The position numbers and the translations under genes are program-made. A stretch of DNA of 64,000 bases from Candidatus Omnitrophota bacterium. GTDB lineage: Bacteria; Omnitrophota; Gorgyraeia; JAZDFF01. Shown piece after piece: positions 48,376-59,471 of the stretch (its first letter is position 1; every line of letters begins with the position of its first letter). The stretch lies in NCBI GenBank assembly GCA_043808095.1, contig JAZDFF010000011.1, positions 48,030 to 112,029 of the forward strand. The letters are read 5' to 3'. Below the pieces are notes generated by a model, which saw only the letters and a list, made by a program, of their open reading frames with translations, was not told the origin of the DNA and made no database searches.

Positions 48376-48831
48376 TAAAAACCTACCTAATAAACTAGAG
48401 AGGTATCTTGCCAATTTCTTATATAATGCCCAGAAATGCATCCTGATATCGTCGGATTCTGTCAATAATTTCATTATATACAAGCCATTATATAAAAGCC
48501 ATTTTAGAGATACATTGCAAGTAATTGAAAGAAAATTTAACCTGCTCTTTGATAAAAGCTTAAACCCTCCATTTCATTTACTAGAGATAAATCAAGCCAA
48601 TTCCTAGAAAATGGCCATAATAAATCAAAGAAAAATCAAATATCTCAGCTAAAAAGCATTTACTAGGCACCATTTACTAAGATGGCTTTTAGAGATAATT
48701 AGCGCTATATTCGACGAGCTTTGGAAAGTGACTCTGAGATTTTGCAAGGAGGAGTAAATTTGATCGATTGATCTACCCAACAAATAAAAAATAATGCCCC
48801 AACTCTTTAAAACCTAAAGGCATAAAAAAAG

Positions 48832-48858
48832 CTCTGATTGAATTTGTCAATCAGAGCT
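48832..48858 (-). terminator. kdpD terminator (bidirectional hairpin)
   Basis: aaaaaaaGCTCTGATTGAatttgTCAATCAGAGCtttt. Confidence 0.7.
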
Positions 48859-49005
48859 TTTGACCTCTCTCGACGGAGAATGAGAGAGAAGAAACTGGCT
48901 CCCCCGCGAGGACTCGAACTAATACTTAATCCTGTTTGTATTTATCGCTCTAACCTTAATTATACTTAACCCTTCTTAACCGGGCTTAATCCTTCTAACT
49001 TGATA

Positions 49006-51186
49006 TTACTTTTCTGATTCAATTATTTGTGGCAACTCAGCAATAAGAGTATTTAAACGCTCTGTTTCTTGACGCATCTTCTCTATTAAGGCAGAACGCT
49101 TTGATTCATTATTTAGATTTTCCGGATTTAACAATTCCGAAGCTGTTTGAGAAATAGATGTTAACGGCTCAGTGAGTCCTGAGGAAAACGTAGTTAAAAG
49201 CAGATTACGTAGACGCTCATTCTCAATCCTAGATTCCGCATCAAGAGCTGCTGCAGCAAGCTGTGCACCTTCGACAGCCAAAGCAGTTTGATTGACGAAC
49301 ATCTCCAATATATGTAACTGTTCCGGGTCAACAAATTGTGTCTCCTGAGTCGGAAAAACTCCCAAAACTCCCACTGTTTTTTCTGCGCCAGTAAAAGGCA
49401 AGTACATACCGTTTGATCCGGGCAGAGTATCTGTACCCTTACCTGCGGATTTCTTATGCTCAAATACCCATTGTGCAACAGCCACCTCATTTGAATCTAG
49501 CGCTAATTGTACAACTTCACCAAACCGGGCTTCCAGCCTCTTGTTTTTATCCGGCACAAAAATAACTGCTCTGCACTTAAAAAAATCTTCGATATGCGAA
49601 AGTGCAATCTTAAACAATTCATCGGGATAAGAACTTTTTGAAAGCTCGTGGCTTAAGGCATAAAGCGTTTTAGTTCGGTCTTCACGAATCCCCATGTTAA
49701 TAGTTTGGCGCCTAAGTTGCCCAGTTAAATGCGCTATCATAAGACCAACGCCCAGCATCACTATAAATGTAAAAACATACTCAACATCTGCTACCGCAAA
49801 AGTAAAATATGGCCGCACAAAAAAGAAATCAAAAAATAAGACACTAAAAAACGATGCTATCATTGATATCCGGCGTCCATACCGGAAAGCAATCCAAGTT
49901 ACGCCAAGAAGGTAAACCATAATCAAATTAACTAGCGATAAGTGCAACAAAAGCAGAATCCAGTCAACTAAAGTACAAATAATAACAACGCCAATAGCCA
50001 GCCCCAGATTTTTCCAAGAAAAAGGAATCAAGGCAGGCGGCTTAAATTTAACCGGCTGCTCCTGGGTATCCCCGCTCAACAAATACAGATCAATGTCCTG
50101 GCATTTACGGGCTAATTTGTCAAATATTGAACCGAAAATCAATTCACGCAGCTTTGGTTTTCCAGGCTTTCCAATGATTATCTTTGTTACATTTTTTGAG
50201 CGGGCGTATGAAATTAATGTCTCTACGATATCCTGACCACTAAGCGTTACAATTTGAGCGCCCAATTTTTCCGCAAAATTAAGCATCTCGGACACCCTGT
50301 TTTTATCTTCCGGACGCAATTCGGCAAGAGGTTCAACATATGCCACGATCCACTCTACTCCCAAATCTAAAGCGATACGCTTACCCGCTCTGATTAATCC
50401 CATCGCAGAGGGGCTCGGACTTATACAGACCAAAAATCTATCCCTCACATTCCAAACTTTTGAAACAGCGTGTTCTTTTTTATATGACATCAATTTACTG
50501 TCAACATTGCGCTCTGTATAGCGCAGGGCCAATTGACGCAAAGCAATCAAATTACCCGGCTGGAAGAAATGTTCTGTTGCCGCTTGAGCTTGTTCACCAA
50601 GATATACCTTTCCTTCTTTTAACCGTTTGAGAAGCTCTTCGGTAGGAAGATCCACTAGCTCTATTTCGTCAGCCTGTTCGATAAATGTATCAGGAATAGT
50701 TTCGCGTACGATAACGCCGGTTACCTGAGCCACAATATCGTTGGCGCTTTCGCAATGCTGGACATTTAAGGTAGTATATACATCAATGCCTTGGTCGAGA
50801 AGTTCTTGGACGTCTTGCCAGCGTTTTGGATGACGAGAACCGGGAGCATTGGTATGTGCTAATTCGTCCACTAAAATAAGCTTTGGTTTTCTCTTTAAAC
50901 CAGCATCAATATCAAATTCACGCAACTGAACATTTTTATAAGAGATGATTTTAGGCGGGAGTATTTCGAGGCTTTCCAAAAGCGCTTCAGTCTCAGCGCG
51001 TTTATGAGTTTCTACATATCCGACCACAACATCAATACCTTCTTTTTTGCAGGCCCTGGCGGCTTCAAGCATCGAATAAGTTTTTCCGACACCCGCGACT
51101 GCTCCAAAGAAAATCTTAAGTTTACCGCGCTGGCTCTCTTCGGCTTTAACCTTAGCTAAGATTACATCAGGATCTGGTCTTTCCAT
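49006..51186 (-). CDS. kdpD: KdpD-like sensor protein without a kinase domain
   Basis: It has a KdpD N-terminal domain (GAVAGVGKTYSM), then USP, four TM helices and GAF. The DHp remnant reads SSGLTEPLTSI where SHELRTPLT is expected. There is no HATPase domain. Confidence 0.8.
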   Translation of the reverse strand: MERPDPDVILAKVKAEESQRGKLKIFFGAVAGVGKTYSMLEAARACKKEGIDVVVGYVETHKRAETEALLESLEILPPKIISYKNVQLREFDIDAGLKRKPKLILVDELAHTNAPGSRHPKRWQDVQELLDQGIDVYTTLNVQHCESANDIVAQVTGVIVRETIPDTFIEQADEIELVDLPTEELLKRLKEGKVYLGEQAQAATEHFFQPGNLIALRQLALRYTERNVDSKLMSYKKEHAVSKVWNVRDRFLVCISPSPSAMGLIRAGKRIALDLGVEWIVAYVEPLAELRPEDKNRVSEMLNFAEKLGAQIVTLSGQDIVETLISYARSKNVTKIIIGKPGKPKLRELIFGSIFDKLARKCQDIDLYLLSGDTQEQPVKFKPPALIPFSWKNLGLAIGVVIICTLVDWILLLLHLSLVNLIMVYLLGVTWIAFRYGRRISMIASFFSVLFFDFFFVRPYFTFAVADVEYVFTFIVMLGVGLMIAHLTGQLRRQTINMGIREDRTKTLYALSHELSKSSYPDELFKIALSHIEDFFKCRAVIFVPDKNKRLEARFGEVVQLALDSNEVAVAQWVFEHKKSAGKGTDTLPGSNGMYLPFTGAEKTVGVLGVFPTQETQFVDPEQLHILEMFVNQTALAVEGAQLAAAALDAESRIENERLRNLLLTTFSSGLTEPLTSISQTASELLNPENLNNESKRSALIEKMRQETERLNTLIAELPQIIESEK

Positions 51187-51223
51187 AAGTCTAATTATAC
51201 CTCATAAAATATGTCTATGTTAT

Positions 51224-51802
51224 TCATTTCTTATAAGCATCTAACGCTAAATTTAGTTCCAGCACATTTACAACCGGCTCCCCTATAATTCCAAATAAAC
51301 GCCCAGAAGTATGCTTGGCGATGAGAATCCTAATTGTATCTTGTGATAATCCCCTAAGCCGTGCAATACGCGGAGCCTGATAATACGCCGCCGCTAAACT
51401 AATATGCGGATCCAGCCCGCTTGCTGATGAAGTAACTAAGTCAACCGGTATAGGAGTTGTATTGTCAGAATCGGCTAGCCTTAAAGCTTTAATGCGCGCT
51501 TTCACTGCCTCAAGTAATACCGGATTAGACGGCCCTAGATTTGAGCCTGACGAAGAAGCTGCGTTAAAAGAAACAGGCGATGTCGCTGAAACACGACCCC
51601 AAAAATACTTGGGATCATTAAATGCCTGGCCGATAAGAGATGAACCAACCGGCTTACCGTTTCGGTAGATTAAACTGCCATTGGCTTGATTCCGAAAAAA
51701 TACTTGAGCAATCCCGGTAATAAAAAGCGGATAAATAATGCCTGTCATTATTGATAAAACTATAAAAATTAGAATCGCTTGTTTTATTTGTCCCTTAAAC
51801 AT
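51224..51802 (-). CDS. kdpC: K+-transporting ATPase subunit C
   Basis: 192 aa, full-length KdpC. Confidence 0.9.
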   Translation of the reverse strand: MFKGQIKQAILIFIVLSIMTGIIYPLFITGIAQVFFRNQANGSLIYRNGKPVGSSLIGQAFNDPKYFWGRVSATSPVSFNAASSSGSNLGPSNPVLLEAVKARIKALRLADSDNTTPIPVDLVTSSASGLDPHISLAAAYYQAPRIARLRGLSQDTIRILIAKHTSGRLFGIIGEPVVNVLELNLALDAYKK

Positions 51803-51810
51803 ATTTGTCC

Positions 51811-53889
51811 TTATCGAACTAAATGTAGTGCCACTAAAACCATATCAATCAATTTTATCCCTATAAATGGCGCAATAATTCCGCCAACTCCATAGATAAA
51901 TAAATTATCACGTAAAAGCCGGCTTGCCGGCATCGGCTTATAATGAATGCCTTTTAATGCTAGAGGAATAAGAAATATAATAATAAGCGCGTTAAATATG
52001 ACCGCAGACAGAACCGCACTCCCAGGCGTAGACAAATGCATAATATTAAGTGCGCCAAGTGCCGGATATGTTCCTACAAAGGCAGCCGGTATAATAGCAA
52101 AGTACTTAGAGACATCGTTAGCGATACTAAATGTCGTAAGTGAGCCGCGGGTCATAAGAAGCTGCTTGCCAATTTCAACGATCTCAATAAGCTTTGTGGG
52201 ATTAGAATCAAGATCAACCATATTCCCAGCTTCCTTTGCAGCCTGCGTTCCGGTATTCATAGCAACAGCTACATCAGCCTGCGCAAGAGCGGGCGCGTCA
52301 TTTGTCCCGTCACCGGTCATTGCAACAAGCCTGCCCCTTTCCTGCATTTTACGTATATATTTAAGCTTGGTTTCAGGTGTGGCTTGCGCCAGAAAATCAT
52401 CCATACCGGCTTCAGCGGCAATTGCTGCGGCAGTCAAAGGATTATCTCCTGTAATCATTACGGTTTTAATACCCATACGCCTGAGTTCGGCAAAACGCTC
52501 TTTAATGCCGCCCTTAATAATGTCTTTTAGCTGAATTACCCCAAGCACATTATTATGTTCTGCGACAACCAAAGGTGTCCCCCCGCTTTTAGATATGGAA
52601 TCAATAGATGCCTTTAAATCTTCGGGAAATAAACCGTTGAGTTTCTTTACATAATCTTCGATAGCATCAACTGCTCCTTTTCTGATTTGCCTGCCATCGC
52701 CTAAATTAACTCCGCTCATCCGCGTTTGTGCCGAAAAGGGAATAAAATGTGCGCTAAGTTCATGAATTTGGCGCTCCCTGATGCCGTATTTCTCTTTAGC
52801 CAATACTACAATGCTCCTTCCTTCGGGAGTTTCGTCTGACAAGGAAGCAAGCTGAGCTGCATCGGCCAACGCTTCAGCACTAATTCCCTGAGACGGAAAA
52901 AAAGCTACCGCTTGTCTATTACCAAGTGTGATTGTTCCAGTTTTATCCAAAAGTAATACGTCCACATCTCCGGCTGCTTCTACTGCCCGACCCGATGTAG
53001 CGATGATATTTGCTTGAATCATCCTATCCATGCCAGCGATACCTATAGCAGACAACAATCCTCCAATAGTAGTAGGAATAAGACATACAAGCAATGCAAC
53101 TAATACCGTTACTGTAATAGGCTGGCCTTGACCGGCTGCGTTTACGCTATAAAGAGAAAATGGCAATAGCGTTGCTGTGGCTAAAAGAAAAATAAGCGTA
53201 AAAACTGCCAAAAGGATGCTAAGCGCGATTTCATTGGGAGTCTTCTGCCTTTTTGCTCCTTCAACCATCGCAATCATATGATCAAGGAATGTCTCTCCCG
53301 GATTAGAAGTGATACGGACCACAAGCCAGTCCGAAAGCACTTTTGTTCCGCCGGTAACAGCGCTGCGGTCTCCTCCGCTTTCGCGTATAACCGGAGCGCT
53401 CTCTCCAGTAATTGCGCTTTCGTCAACAGAAGCCACTCCCTCGATTACATCTCCATCCATTGGGATAATGTCGCCTGCCTCAACGAGAATAACATCTCCT
53501 TTGCGAAGTGTAGTAGCAGATACTTTCTCCTGAGCGGAGCCATAATTTGGCTTTAAAAGTTTTCTAGCAATAGTATCCTTGCGGGCTTTTCTTAAACTCT
53601 CAGCCTGAGCTTTTCCGCGGCCTTCAGCCATAGCTTCGGCAAAATTGGCAAAAATAAGGGTAAACCACAACCAAAGTGTTATAGCTAATATAAAACCTGC
53701 GGGAGCTTCCCCACGCCCCATTAAGGCTTGGAAATATAAACCCGTAGTCAAAAGACTCCCCACTAAAACTACAAACATTACGGGATTTTTAATCTGATGT
53801 CGGGGATCTAATTTTTTTATTGAATTGACGGCTGCCGGCCCACAAATAGCCGGATCAAATAAAGATTTAGCTTTATGTGATTTACTCAT
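51811..53889 (-). CDS. kdpB: K+-transporting P-type ATPase subunit B
   Basis: DKTGTIT, TGDN and [10 protein letters not shown] motifs are present. Confidence 0.95.
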   Translation of the reverse strand: MSKSHKAKSLFDPAICGPAAVNSIKKLDPRHQIKNPVMFVVLVGSLLTTGLYFQALMGRGEAPAGFILAITLWLWFTLIFANFAEAMAEGRGKAQAESLRKARKDTIARKLLKPNYGSAQEKVSATTLRKGDVILVEAGDIIPMDGDVIEGVASVDESAITGESAPVIRESGGDRSAVTGGTKVLSDWLVVRITSNPGETFLDHMIAMVEGAKRQKTPNEIALSILLAVFTLIFLLATATLLPFSLYSVNAAGQGQPITVTVLVALLVCLIPTTIGGLLSAIGIAGMDRMIQANIIATSGRAVEAAGDVDVLLLDKTGTITLGNRQAVAFFPSQGISAEALADAAQLASLSDETPEGRSIVVLAKEKYGIRERQIHELSAHFIPFSAQTRMSGVNLGDGRQIRKGAVDAIEDYVKKLNGLFPEDLKASIDSISKSGGTPLVVAEHNNVLGVIQLKDIIKGGIKERFAELRRMGIKTVMITGDNPLTAAAIAAEAGMDDFLAQATPETKLKYIRKMQERGRLVAMTGDGTNDAPALAQADVAVAMNTGTQAAKEAGNMVDLDSNPTKLIEIVEIGKQLLMTRGSLTTFSIANDVSKYFAIIPAAFVGTYPALGALNIMHLSTPGSAVLSAVIFNALIIIFLIPLALKGIHYKPMPASRLLRDNLFIYGVGGIIAPFIGIKLIDMVLVALHLVR

Positions 53890-53897
53890 AAAAACTC

Positions 53898-55643
53898 CTA
53901 AATACTGCGCAACATAAGATGCTCAACAATCGGTCCCAAAGCCAAAGCCGGAAAAAATGTAAGCGCTCCAACGATTAAAATAACCATAACTAAAAATATA
54001 ATAAAAAGCGGCGTATGCGTAGGTAGTGTCCCTGGACTTGCCGGAACAATCTTTTTCTTGGAAAGCGAACCTGCTATGGCTAGCATCGGTATGGCCAGCC
54101 AGTATCTAGCAAAAAACATTGCTAATCCTTGGGCTATATTATAAAAAAGATTATTAGTAGATAATCCAGCAAACGCACTCCCATTGTTATTACTTGCCGA
54201 TGAAAAAGCATATAATATTTCACTAAATCCGTGAGGCCCGGGATTTAAAATCGAGTTTTTCCCTGCGGGCACAATAACTGAAATTGCTGTGCCTATAAGA
54301 ACAAGTATAGGCGGTATTAAAATCATAAGTGAAGCCATTTTCATTTCGTAGCTTTCGATTTTCTTACCTAAATATTCGGGAGTCCTGCCAATCATAAGTC
54401 CGGAAATAAAAACAGCAATAATTACAAAAGCGATCATGCCATAAAGACCGGAACCAACTCCGCCAAAGATTACTTCTCCTAATTGCATAAGCCACATCGG
54501 AATCATTCCACCCAGAGGCATATAAGAATCGTGCATTGAATTTACCGAACCATTGGATGCCGCGGTTGTAGCCGTTGCCCAAATAGCAGAATTTACTATT
54601 CCAAAACGCGCTTCCTTCCCTTCCATGTTACCACCAGCCTGAGATGTTGAATAATTTTGATCAATACCGAGATTGTTAAACAATGGGTTTCCTTTTTGCT
54701 CGAAATGAATACATGTCCATAGGCAAGGAATAAAAATAATCAACATCGCAATTAACAACGCCCAACCTTGTCGACGGTCTCTAACCATATACCCGAACGT
54801 ATAACATAATGCAGCAGCTATTAAAAGTATGGCCAAAACTTCCAGAAAGTTTGACAAAGGCGTGGGGTTCTCAAAAGGATGAGCAGAATTGACATTAAAG
54901 AACCCGCCCCCATTAGTGCCTAGTTGTTTAATGGCAACCTGCGATGCAGCAGGGCCTAAAGCAATTACTTGTTCTGTAACAGCCTTTCCATCCGTATCTT
55001 TCGAAACCTCAAGCAAGGCTACTTTTGCGCCAGGTTTAAAAGTCTGGACAACCCCTTGAGATACTAAAATAAAAGACAGAAGTAATGCGAGAGGAATTAA
55101 AATATAAAGTACGGATCTAACCAAATCTACCCAAAAGTTACCGATTGTTTCTGCCTGTTTCTGGATAAATCCCCTGATTGAAGCTACAAGAATTGCCATA
55201 CCCGTTGCCGCAGAAACAAAGTTTTGCACAGTTAACCCAAGCATCTGCGTAAAATAACTCAAAGTTGTTTCGCCACCGTAACTTTGCCAATTTGTATTAG
55301 TTGCAAAACTTACCGCCGTATTAAAGGCCAAGTCTGGCTTAACCGCAGGCATAGACATGGGGTTCAAAATAAAGTGCGCTTGAAAACGCTGAAGGGCGTA
55401 TACAACAATTATACCTATAATATTAAACAGCATCATGCTAACGGCATAAGTTTTCCAGGACATTTCTTGTTCGGGTTTAACTCCACAGGTTCGGTAAATT
55501 AACTTTTCTAACCATACAAACCAAACATTTAAACCTGCCGGCTTGCCTTCGTAAATTCGCGCCATATAAATCCCGAGCGGCTTAACCATAAAAAGCAATA
55601 CAGCAATATAGACGGTGCTTTGAATGAGATTATTCCAATTCAT
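53898..55643 (-). CDS. kdpA: K+-transporting ATPase subunit A
   Basis: 581 aa with a 10-TM KdpA channel-like fold. Confidence 0.9.
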   Translation of the reverse strand: MNWNNLIQSTVYIAVLLFMVKPLGIYMARIYEGKPAGLNVWFVWLEKLIYRTCGVKPEQEMSWKTYAVSMMLFNIIGIIVVYALQRFQAHFILNPMSMPAVKPDLAFNTAVSFATNTNWQSYGGETTLSYFTQMLGLTVQNFVSAATGMAILVASIRGFIQKQAETIGNFWVDLVRSVLYILIPLALLLSFILVSQGVVQTFKPGAKVALLEVSKDTDGKAVTEQVIALGPAASQVAIKQLGTNGGGFFNVNSAHPFENPTPLSNFLEVLAILLIAAALCYTFGYMVRDRRQGWALLIAMLIIFIPCLWTCIHFEQKGNPLFNNLGIDQNYSTSQAGGNMEGKEARFGIVNSAIWATATTAASNGSVNSMHDSYMPLGGMIPMWLMQLGEVIFGGVGSGLYGMIAFVIIAVFISGLMIGRTPEYLGKKIESYEMKMASLMILIPPILVLIGTAISVIVPAGKNSILNPGPHGFSEILYAFSSASNNNGSAFAGLSTNNLFYNIAQGLAMFFARYWLAIPMLAIAGSLSKKKIVPASPGTLPTHTPLFIIFLVMVILIVGALTFFPALALGPIVEHLMLRSI

Positions 55644-55656
55644 GAGAAAATCTCCA

Positions 55657-56628
55657 TTACAAAATATCCTTTTCTTCTATTATCTTCATCTCAACAATTT
55701 CGTCCATTCCTTTTACCAACGCTGTCGCTTTTTCTTTTCCTAAGACAAAAATGGCGGTACTCATCGCATCCGCTGCAGTTGTGGTATCAGCTACGATAGT
55801 TACAGAAACAATCCCATTATCAACCGGATAGCCTGTTTTAGGATTTATGATATGGCTGTAACGTTTCCCGTTAAGCATAAAAAATTGCTCGTAGTCACCT
55901 GATGTGGCTACTGCCTGGTTTTCAAGATCCAAAGGATAGAGTATCTGGCCAGGATTGCGTGGATGACGTATGGCCACTCGCCATTTACGGTTTCCTCTCC
56001 TGCCCAAACAGTAGATATCACCGCTTAAGTTTACCATTGCCGAGGTTATTCCCAAAGACTTAAGACGGCCGACGGCTTTATCGACTGCGTATCCCTGAGC
56101 AATTCCTCCCAAGTCAATTGCCATACCTGGCTGCATAAACGTAATCAAAGATGTTGTTTCATCAATTGAAATTTTTTCCGAGCCAATGAGCGGCAACTTT
56201 GCGTAGATATCATGAGAAGGAGGCAACGATACTTGCGTTTTTTCCTCCTGCGCCTCTTTGATTTTTTGTTTCCATATATCAGCCACGGGACTAACGGTAA
56301 TATCAAATGCATCGTTACTGAGCTTGTGGTATTTAAGCGAATTTTTCACCAGGGCCATCATATCGCCTGATGCCTTGAGGGTTCCCATTCTGTTCAGTTG
56401 CGATATTTCTGATGAGGGGTCAAAATTACTGGCTATTGCCTCGATCTTGCTTATCTCCTCAAACGCAGCATTAATTGCGTCTTTATCCTGGCAGGTAATT
56501 TCTGCAAACGTCCCCATTACAATACGAGTCTCTGTATAGTAAGGTCTGGAACAACCGAATAATCCAAACCACAGGACCAAGAGAATCGAAATCCTAAAAA
56601 AGAAACATCGGAAACTATTAATCCTCAT
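55657..56628 (-). CDS. apbE: FAD:protein FMN transferase (ApbE-family lipoprotein)
   Basis: A lipobox-like LFGC is followed by ...RIVMGTFAEI (the MGT motif) and an ApbE fold. Confidence 0.75.
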   Translation of the reverse strand: MRINSFRCFFFRISILLVLWFGLFGCSRPYYTETRIVMGTFAEITCQDKDAINAAFEEISKIEAIASNFDPSSEISQLNRMGTLKASGDMMALVKNSLKYHKLSNDAFDITVSPVADIWKQKIKEAQEEKTQVSLPPSHDIYAKLPLIGSEKISIDETTSLITFMQPGMAIDLGGIAQGYAVDKAVGRLKSLGITSAMVNLSGDIYCLGRRGNRKWRVAIRHPRNPGQILYPLDLENQAVATSGDYEQFFMLNGKRYSHIINPKTGYPVDNGIVSVTIVADTTTAADAMSTAIFVLGKEKATALVKGMDEIVEMKIIEEKDIL

Positions 56629-56717
56629 GAGAAAATCTCCGGTTTCAGAAGGGCAATCAAAAGATAAATCAGTAAAAGTACTGAAACAATACTACCAATC
56701 CAATAAATAGCTGGCAT
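56625..56717 (-). CDS. kdpF: K+-transporting ATPase subunit F (30 aa; absent from the ORF track)
   Basis: Hand translation gives MPAIYWIGSIVSVLLLIYLLIALLKPEIFS*. An AGGAGG SD lies 9 nt upstream, and the stop overlaps the apbE start (ATGA). Confidence 0.7.
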   Translation of the reverse strand: MPAIYWIGSIVSVLLLIYLLIALLKPEIFS

Positions 56718-56729
56718 GCGATAGGCCTC

Positions 56730-56810
56730 CTATACCTTACTACACAGAATAATGAACGCAAAAGAAGTTATGGCTAAACCTATTATTATAATTACTAAAA
56801 GAATATCCAT
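56730..56810 (-). CDS. 26-aa hydrophobic peptide between the riboswitch and kdpF (possible leader peptide; speculative)
   Basis: MDILLVIIIIGLAITSFAFIILCSKV*, preceded by a GAGGAG SD. Confidence 0.25.
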   Translation of the reverse strand: MDILLVIIIIGLAITSFAFIILCSKV

Positions 56811-56822
56811 CGCCCGCTCCTC

Positions 56823-56849
56823 AAAAAAACCAAAGAACGCTTTCTCTGG
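56823..56849 (-). terminator. riboswitch expression-platform terminator
   Basis: Minus strand reads CCAGAGAAAGCGTTCTTTGGTTTTTTT. Confidence 0.6.
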
Positions 56850-56854
56850 TGTGT

Positions 56855-56980
56855 TCTCTCTACTGGCCTACGAGGTTAGCTGTCGGGCTCGGGTCGAGCA
56901 ACCCTAATCTGATATTACTAGATATTCGCCCCAAGATCACAACTTGATCAGATTCTTGGGTTCCCCGCTATCTTTTTAGG
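56855..56980 (-). promoter_or_regulatory. cyclic-di-AMP (ydaO/kimA-type) riboswitch in the kdp leader
   Basis: Minus strand reads ...gcGGGGAACCcaag...CGACCCGAGCCCGACAGCTAACCTCGTAGGCcagt. This matches the conserved ACCCGACAGCUAACCUCGUA 3' signature of the ydaO class. Confidence 0.65.
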
Positions 56981-57142
56981 TTTGAAATATCACCCAAAAA
57001 GAGATTAAGCTTATTGAAATTAAATATAGCGCAATTAATCCTTTTGTCAAGTTTGATCACTCGCTAGTTAAGCAAGATGTTCACGCTCAAAACGCCCTGA
57101 AGTGACTCACCATAAAATACTCTCTCTAAACAGGCAGGACAA

Positions 57143-57811
57143 CTATTGAAGTTTTTCTGGATGATGCCTTATAACTTCTGCTTGAACCATGTAGATCACG
57201 TCTTCTGCGATATTTGTAGTGTGATCGCATATCCTTTCTAAAAACCGAGCTATCAATAACAACTGAACTGCTCTCGGAGCCGAAGAGCCGTCCTTTACCA
57301 TATAATCCTCAACAAGCTCTTTCTGTATCATATTTCTTAGCTGATCGGCTTCGGAATCAGATAATAAGACTTTTTTAGCTAAAGCGATATCTCCTTTCAC
57401 AAATGAATCTATGGACATCTTTACCATGTTTTGAGCGACAGCTGCTAGCTTAGGTATATCAATCAATGGTTTTAATAGGGGCTTATCCACTATCTCTAAA
57501 GTACGCTGAGCTATATCCACCGCAATATCAGCTATCCTTTCGAGTTCGGCATTTATCTTCATACCAGTTGTGATAAAACGAAGGTCTTTGGCCATTGGCT
57601 GGTGTCGTGCTATCAAATCTATACATTTCTCATCTATCGCCAATTCCAATTTATCAATATTGGTATCGTTGTCTATAACGCCCTTAGCCATTATCTTATC
57701 TCGATTTTTGAGTGCTTCAATAGATTTATAGATTGCCTCTTCTGCAAAGGCTCCCATCTTCAAAATATCTTTATTCAGTTCTTTTAACTCTTGGTCAAAA
57801 TGTCTTTCCAT
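57143..57811 (-). CDS. phoU: phosphate signalling complex protein PhoU
   Basis: 222 aa with two PhoU repeats. Confidence 0.9.
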   Translation of the reverse strand: MERHFDQELKELNKDILKMGAFAEEAIYKSIEALKNRDKIMAKGVIDNDTNIDKLELAIDEKCIDLIARHQPMAKDLRFITTGMKINAELERIADIAVDIAQRTLEIVDKPLLKPLIDIPKLAAVAQNMVKMSIDSFVKGDIALAKKVLLSDSEADQLRNMIQKELVEDYMVKDGSSAPRAVQLLLIARFLERICDHTTNIAEDVIYMVQAEVIRHHPEKLQ

Positions 57812-57903
57812 CTTAAACCTCCTGATTTTTACTCCGTAAAAATCATCCCGAAGTCTGCGAACGCAATTTCGAGGAAATTGCGGAGCGCTTAGACAAGGGA
57901 GAT

Positions 57904-58605
57904 TTATCCATACCTTCCAGTAATGTAATCTTCTGTACGTTTATCGTGCGGCGCTGTAAATAATTCTTGGGTCTTACCAAACTCTATTAACTCACCTAAG
58001 AGCATAAAGCCCGTATCATCAGAGACACGCGCTGCCTGTTGCATATTATGAGTAACTATTATTATAGTATAATTTGCTTTAAGTTCACGCATTAATTCCT
58101 CAATCCTTGCTGTAGCCTGCGGATCCAAAGCAGAGCATGACTCATCCATTAACAATACATCGGGCTTAACCGCAATAAGCCTGGCAATACACAATCTTTG
58201 CCTTTGCTCTAACGATAACCGTAAGGCAAACTCATTTAACCTGTCTTTTAAGTCATCCCATAAGAGGACACTTTTTAAACTTTTCTCGACAACCTCATCT
58301 AGGGCATCGCGTTTTACATTATCACCGTGGATCTTTTCCCCGAAAACAATGTTTTCATAAATCGAAAGTGGAAATGGGTTTGGCCGCTGGAATACCATTC
58401 CTACCTTCTTCCTCAATGTTACTAAATCTGTGTGGGAATTAAGAATATTTTTACCGTCAATCAAGACTTCGCCTTCAGTACGTACGCCTTCGATTAAATC
58501 ATTCATGCGGTTAAAAACCCTAAGCAAGGTAGACTTGCCGCATCCGGAAGGCCCGATGATAGCAGTAATCCTATTCGCTTCGAAGGCCGAGTTTATATCC
58601 TTCAA
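57904..58605 (-). CDS. pstB: phosphate ABC transporter ATPase PstB1 (degenerate signature motif LSLEQ)
   Basis: Walker A (GPSGCGKST), Q-loop (FQRPNPFP), Walker B (LLMDE) and H-loop (VTHNMQQ) are intact. The signature is LSLEQRQR instead of LSGGQQQR. Confidence 0.9.
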   Translation of the reverse strand: MKDINSAFEANRITAIIGPSGCGKSTLLRVFNRMNDLIEGVRTEGEVLIDGKNILNSHTDLVTLRKKVGMVFQRPNPFPLSIYENIVFGEKIHGDNVKRDALDEVVEKSLKSVLLWDDLKDRLNEFALRLSLEQRQRLCIARLIAVKPDVLLMDESCSALDPQATARIEELMRELKANYTIIIVTHNMQQAARVSDDTGFMLLGELIEFGKTQELFTAPHDKRTEDYITGRYG

Positions 58606-58724
58606 AGCATGAAAACTACCGTACCAGAAATTTAGGTTTTTAGTTATTATCTTTGCCAGTGGAGTCTCCTTTTTTCTGTCGTACTCCCTCCCCGTAGGGG
58701 AGAGCGAAGCCTCCCCGAAGGGGA

Positions 58725-59471
58725 TTAACCAAACTTTCCTCTAATATAACCATCCGTGCGTTTGTCCTTCGGAGCAGTAAAAATTATATCCGTTTTATCT
58801 ATTTCGATAAGTTCACCGCTTAAGAAAAAGGCTGTTCTATCTCCTACTCTTGCCGCCTGTTTTACATTATTAGTCACCAAAACGATAGTATATTTTTCTT
58901 TTATCTTGACCATGGCGTCTTCTACTTTGGCAGTAGAGATAGGGTCTAGTCCAGAGCAGGGTTCGTCAAACAAAATTACCTCCGGCTCAACCGCTAATGT
59001 CCTTGCAATGCAAAGACGTTGCTGCTGGCCGCCAGATAATTCGAAAGCTGATTCATCTAACCTATCCTTTACTTCTTCCCAGAGATATCCTTGTTTTAAC
59101 GCTTCTTCTACCTTCTCGGTGAGTCTCTTTTTATCTCTTACGCCATTCATCCTTAACCCGTAAGCCACATTATCAAAAATAGATAACGGAAGCGGCAAGG
59201 GCAGCGCAAATACCATGCCTACTTTACGGCGCAATGATTCTATATCCAGCCCACGAATATCTTTCCTCTCTAATTCTACCGCTCCGGATATCTTATAGCC
59301 TATAGTAAGATCATTCAGGCGATTTAGCGTTCTTAAGAAAGTCGTCTTTCCGCTATTTGAAGGCCCAATGATGCTTAAGATCTCGTTAGAATTGATCTCA
59401 ATATTAATATGCTTTACGGCATGCACGGCGCCAAACCATATGTTTAAATCGTGGGTTTCAAATTTTACCAT
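58725..59471 (-). CDS. pstB: phosphate ABC transporter ATPase PstB2 (degenerate Q-loop and H-loop)
   Basis: It has GPSNSGKTT, an intact LSGGQQQR signature and ILFDE. The Q-loop is FALPLP and the H-loop is VTNNVKQ. Confidence 0.85.
   Translation of the reverse strand: MVKFETHDLNIWFGAVHAVKHINIEINSNEILSIIGPSNSGKTTFLRTLNRLNDLTIGYKISGAVELERKDIRGLDIESLRRKVGMVFALPLPLPLSIFDNVAYGLRMNGVRDKKRLTEKVEEALKQGYLWEEVKDRLDESAFELSGGQQQRLCIARTLAVEPEVILFDEPCSGLDPISTAKVEDAMVKIKEKYTIVLVTNNVKQAARVGDRTAFFLSGELIEIDKTDIIFTAPKDKRTDGYIRGKFG

Noticed and set aside
48880-48930. tRNA-like 3' end (GTTCGAGTCC...GGGGGAGCCA on the minus strand) downstream of kdpD
   Set aside because: The TTCGAGT loop has no complementary T-stem arms (ATTAG versus CCTCG), and no acceptor or anticodon stems could be built upstream. 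It is probably a chance T-loop-like string, or a decayed remnant.
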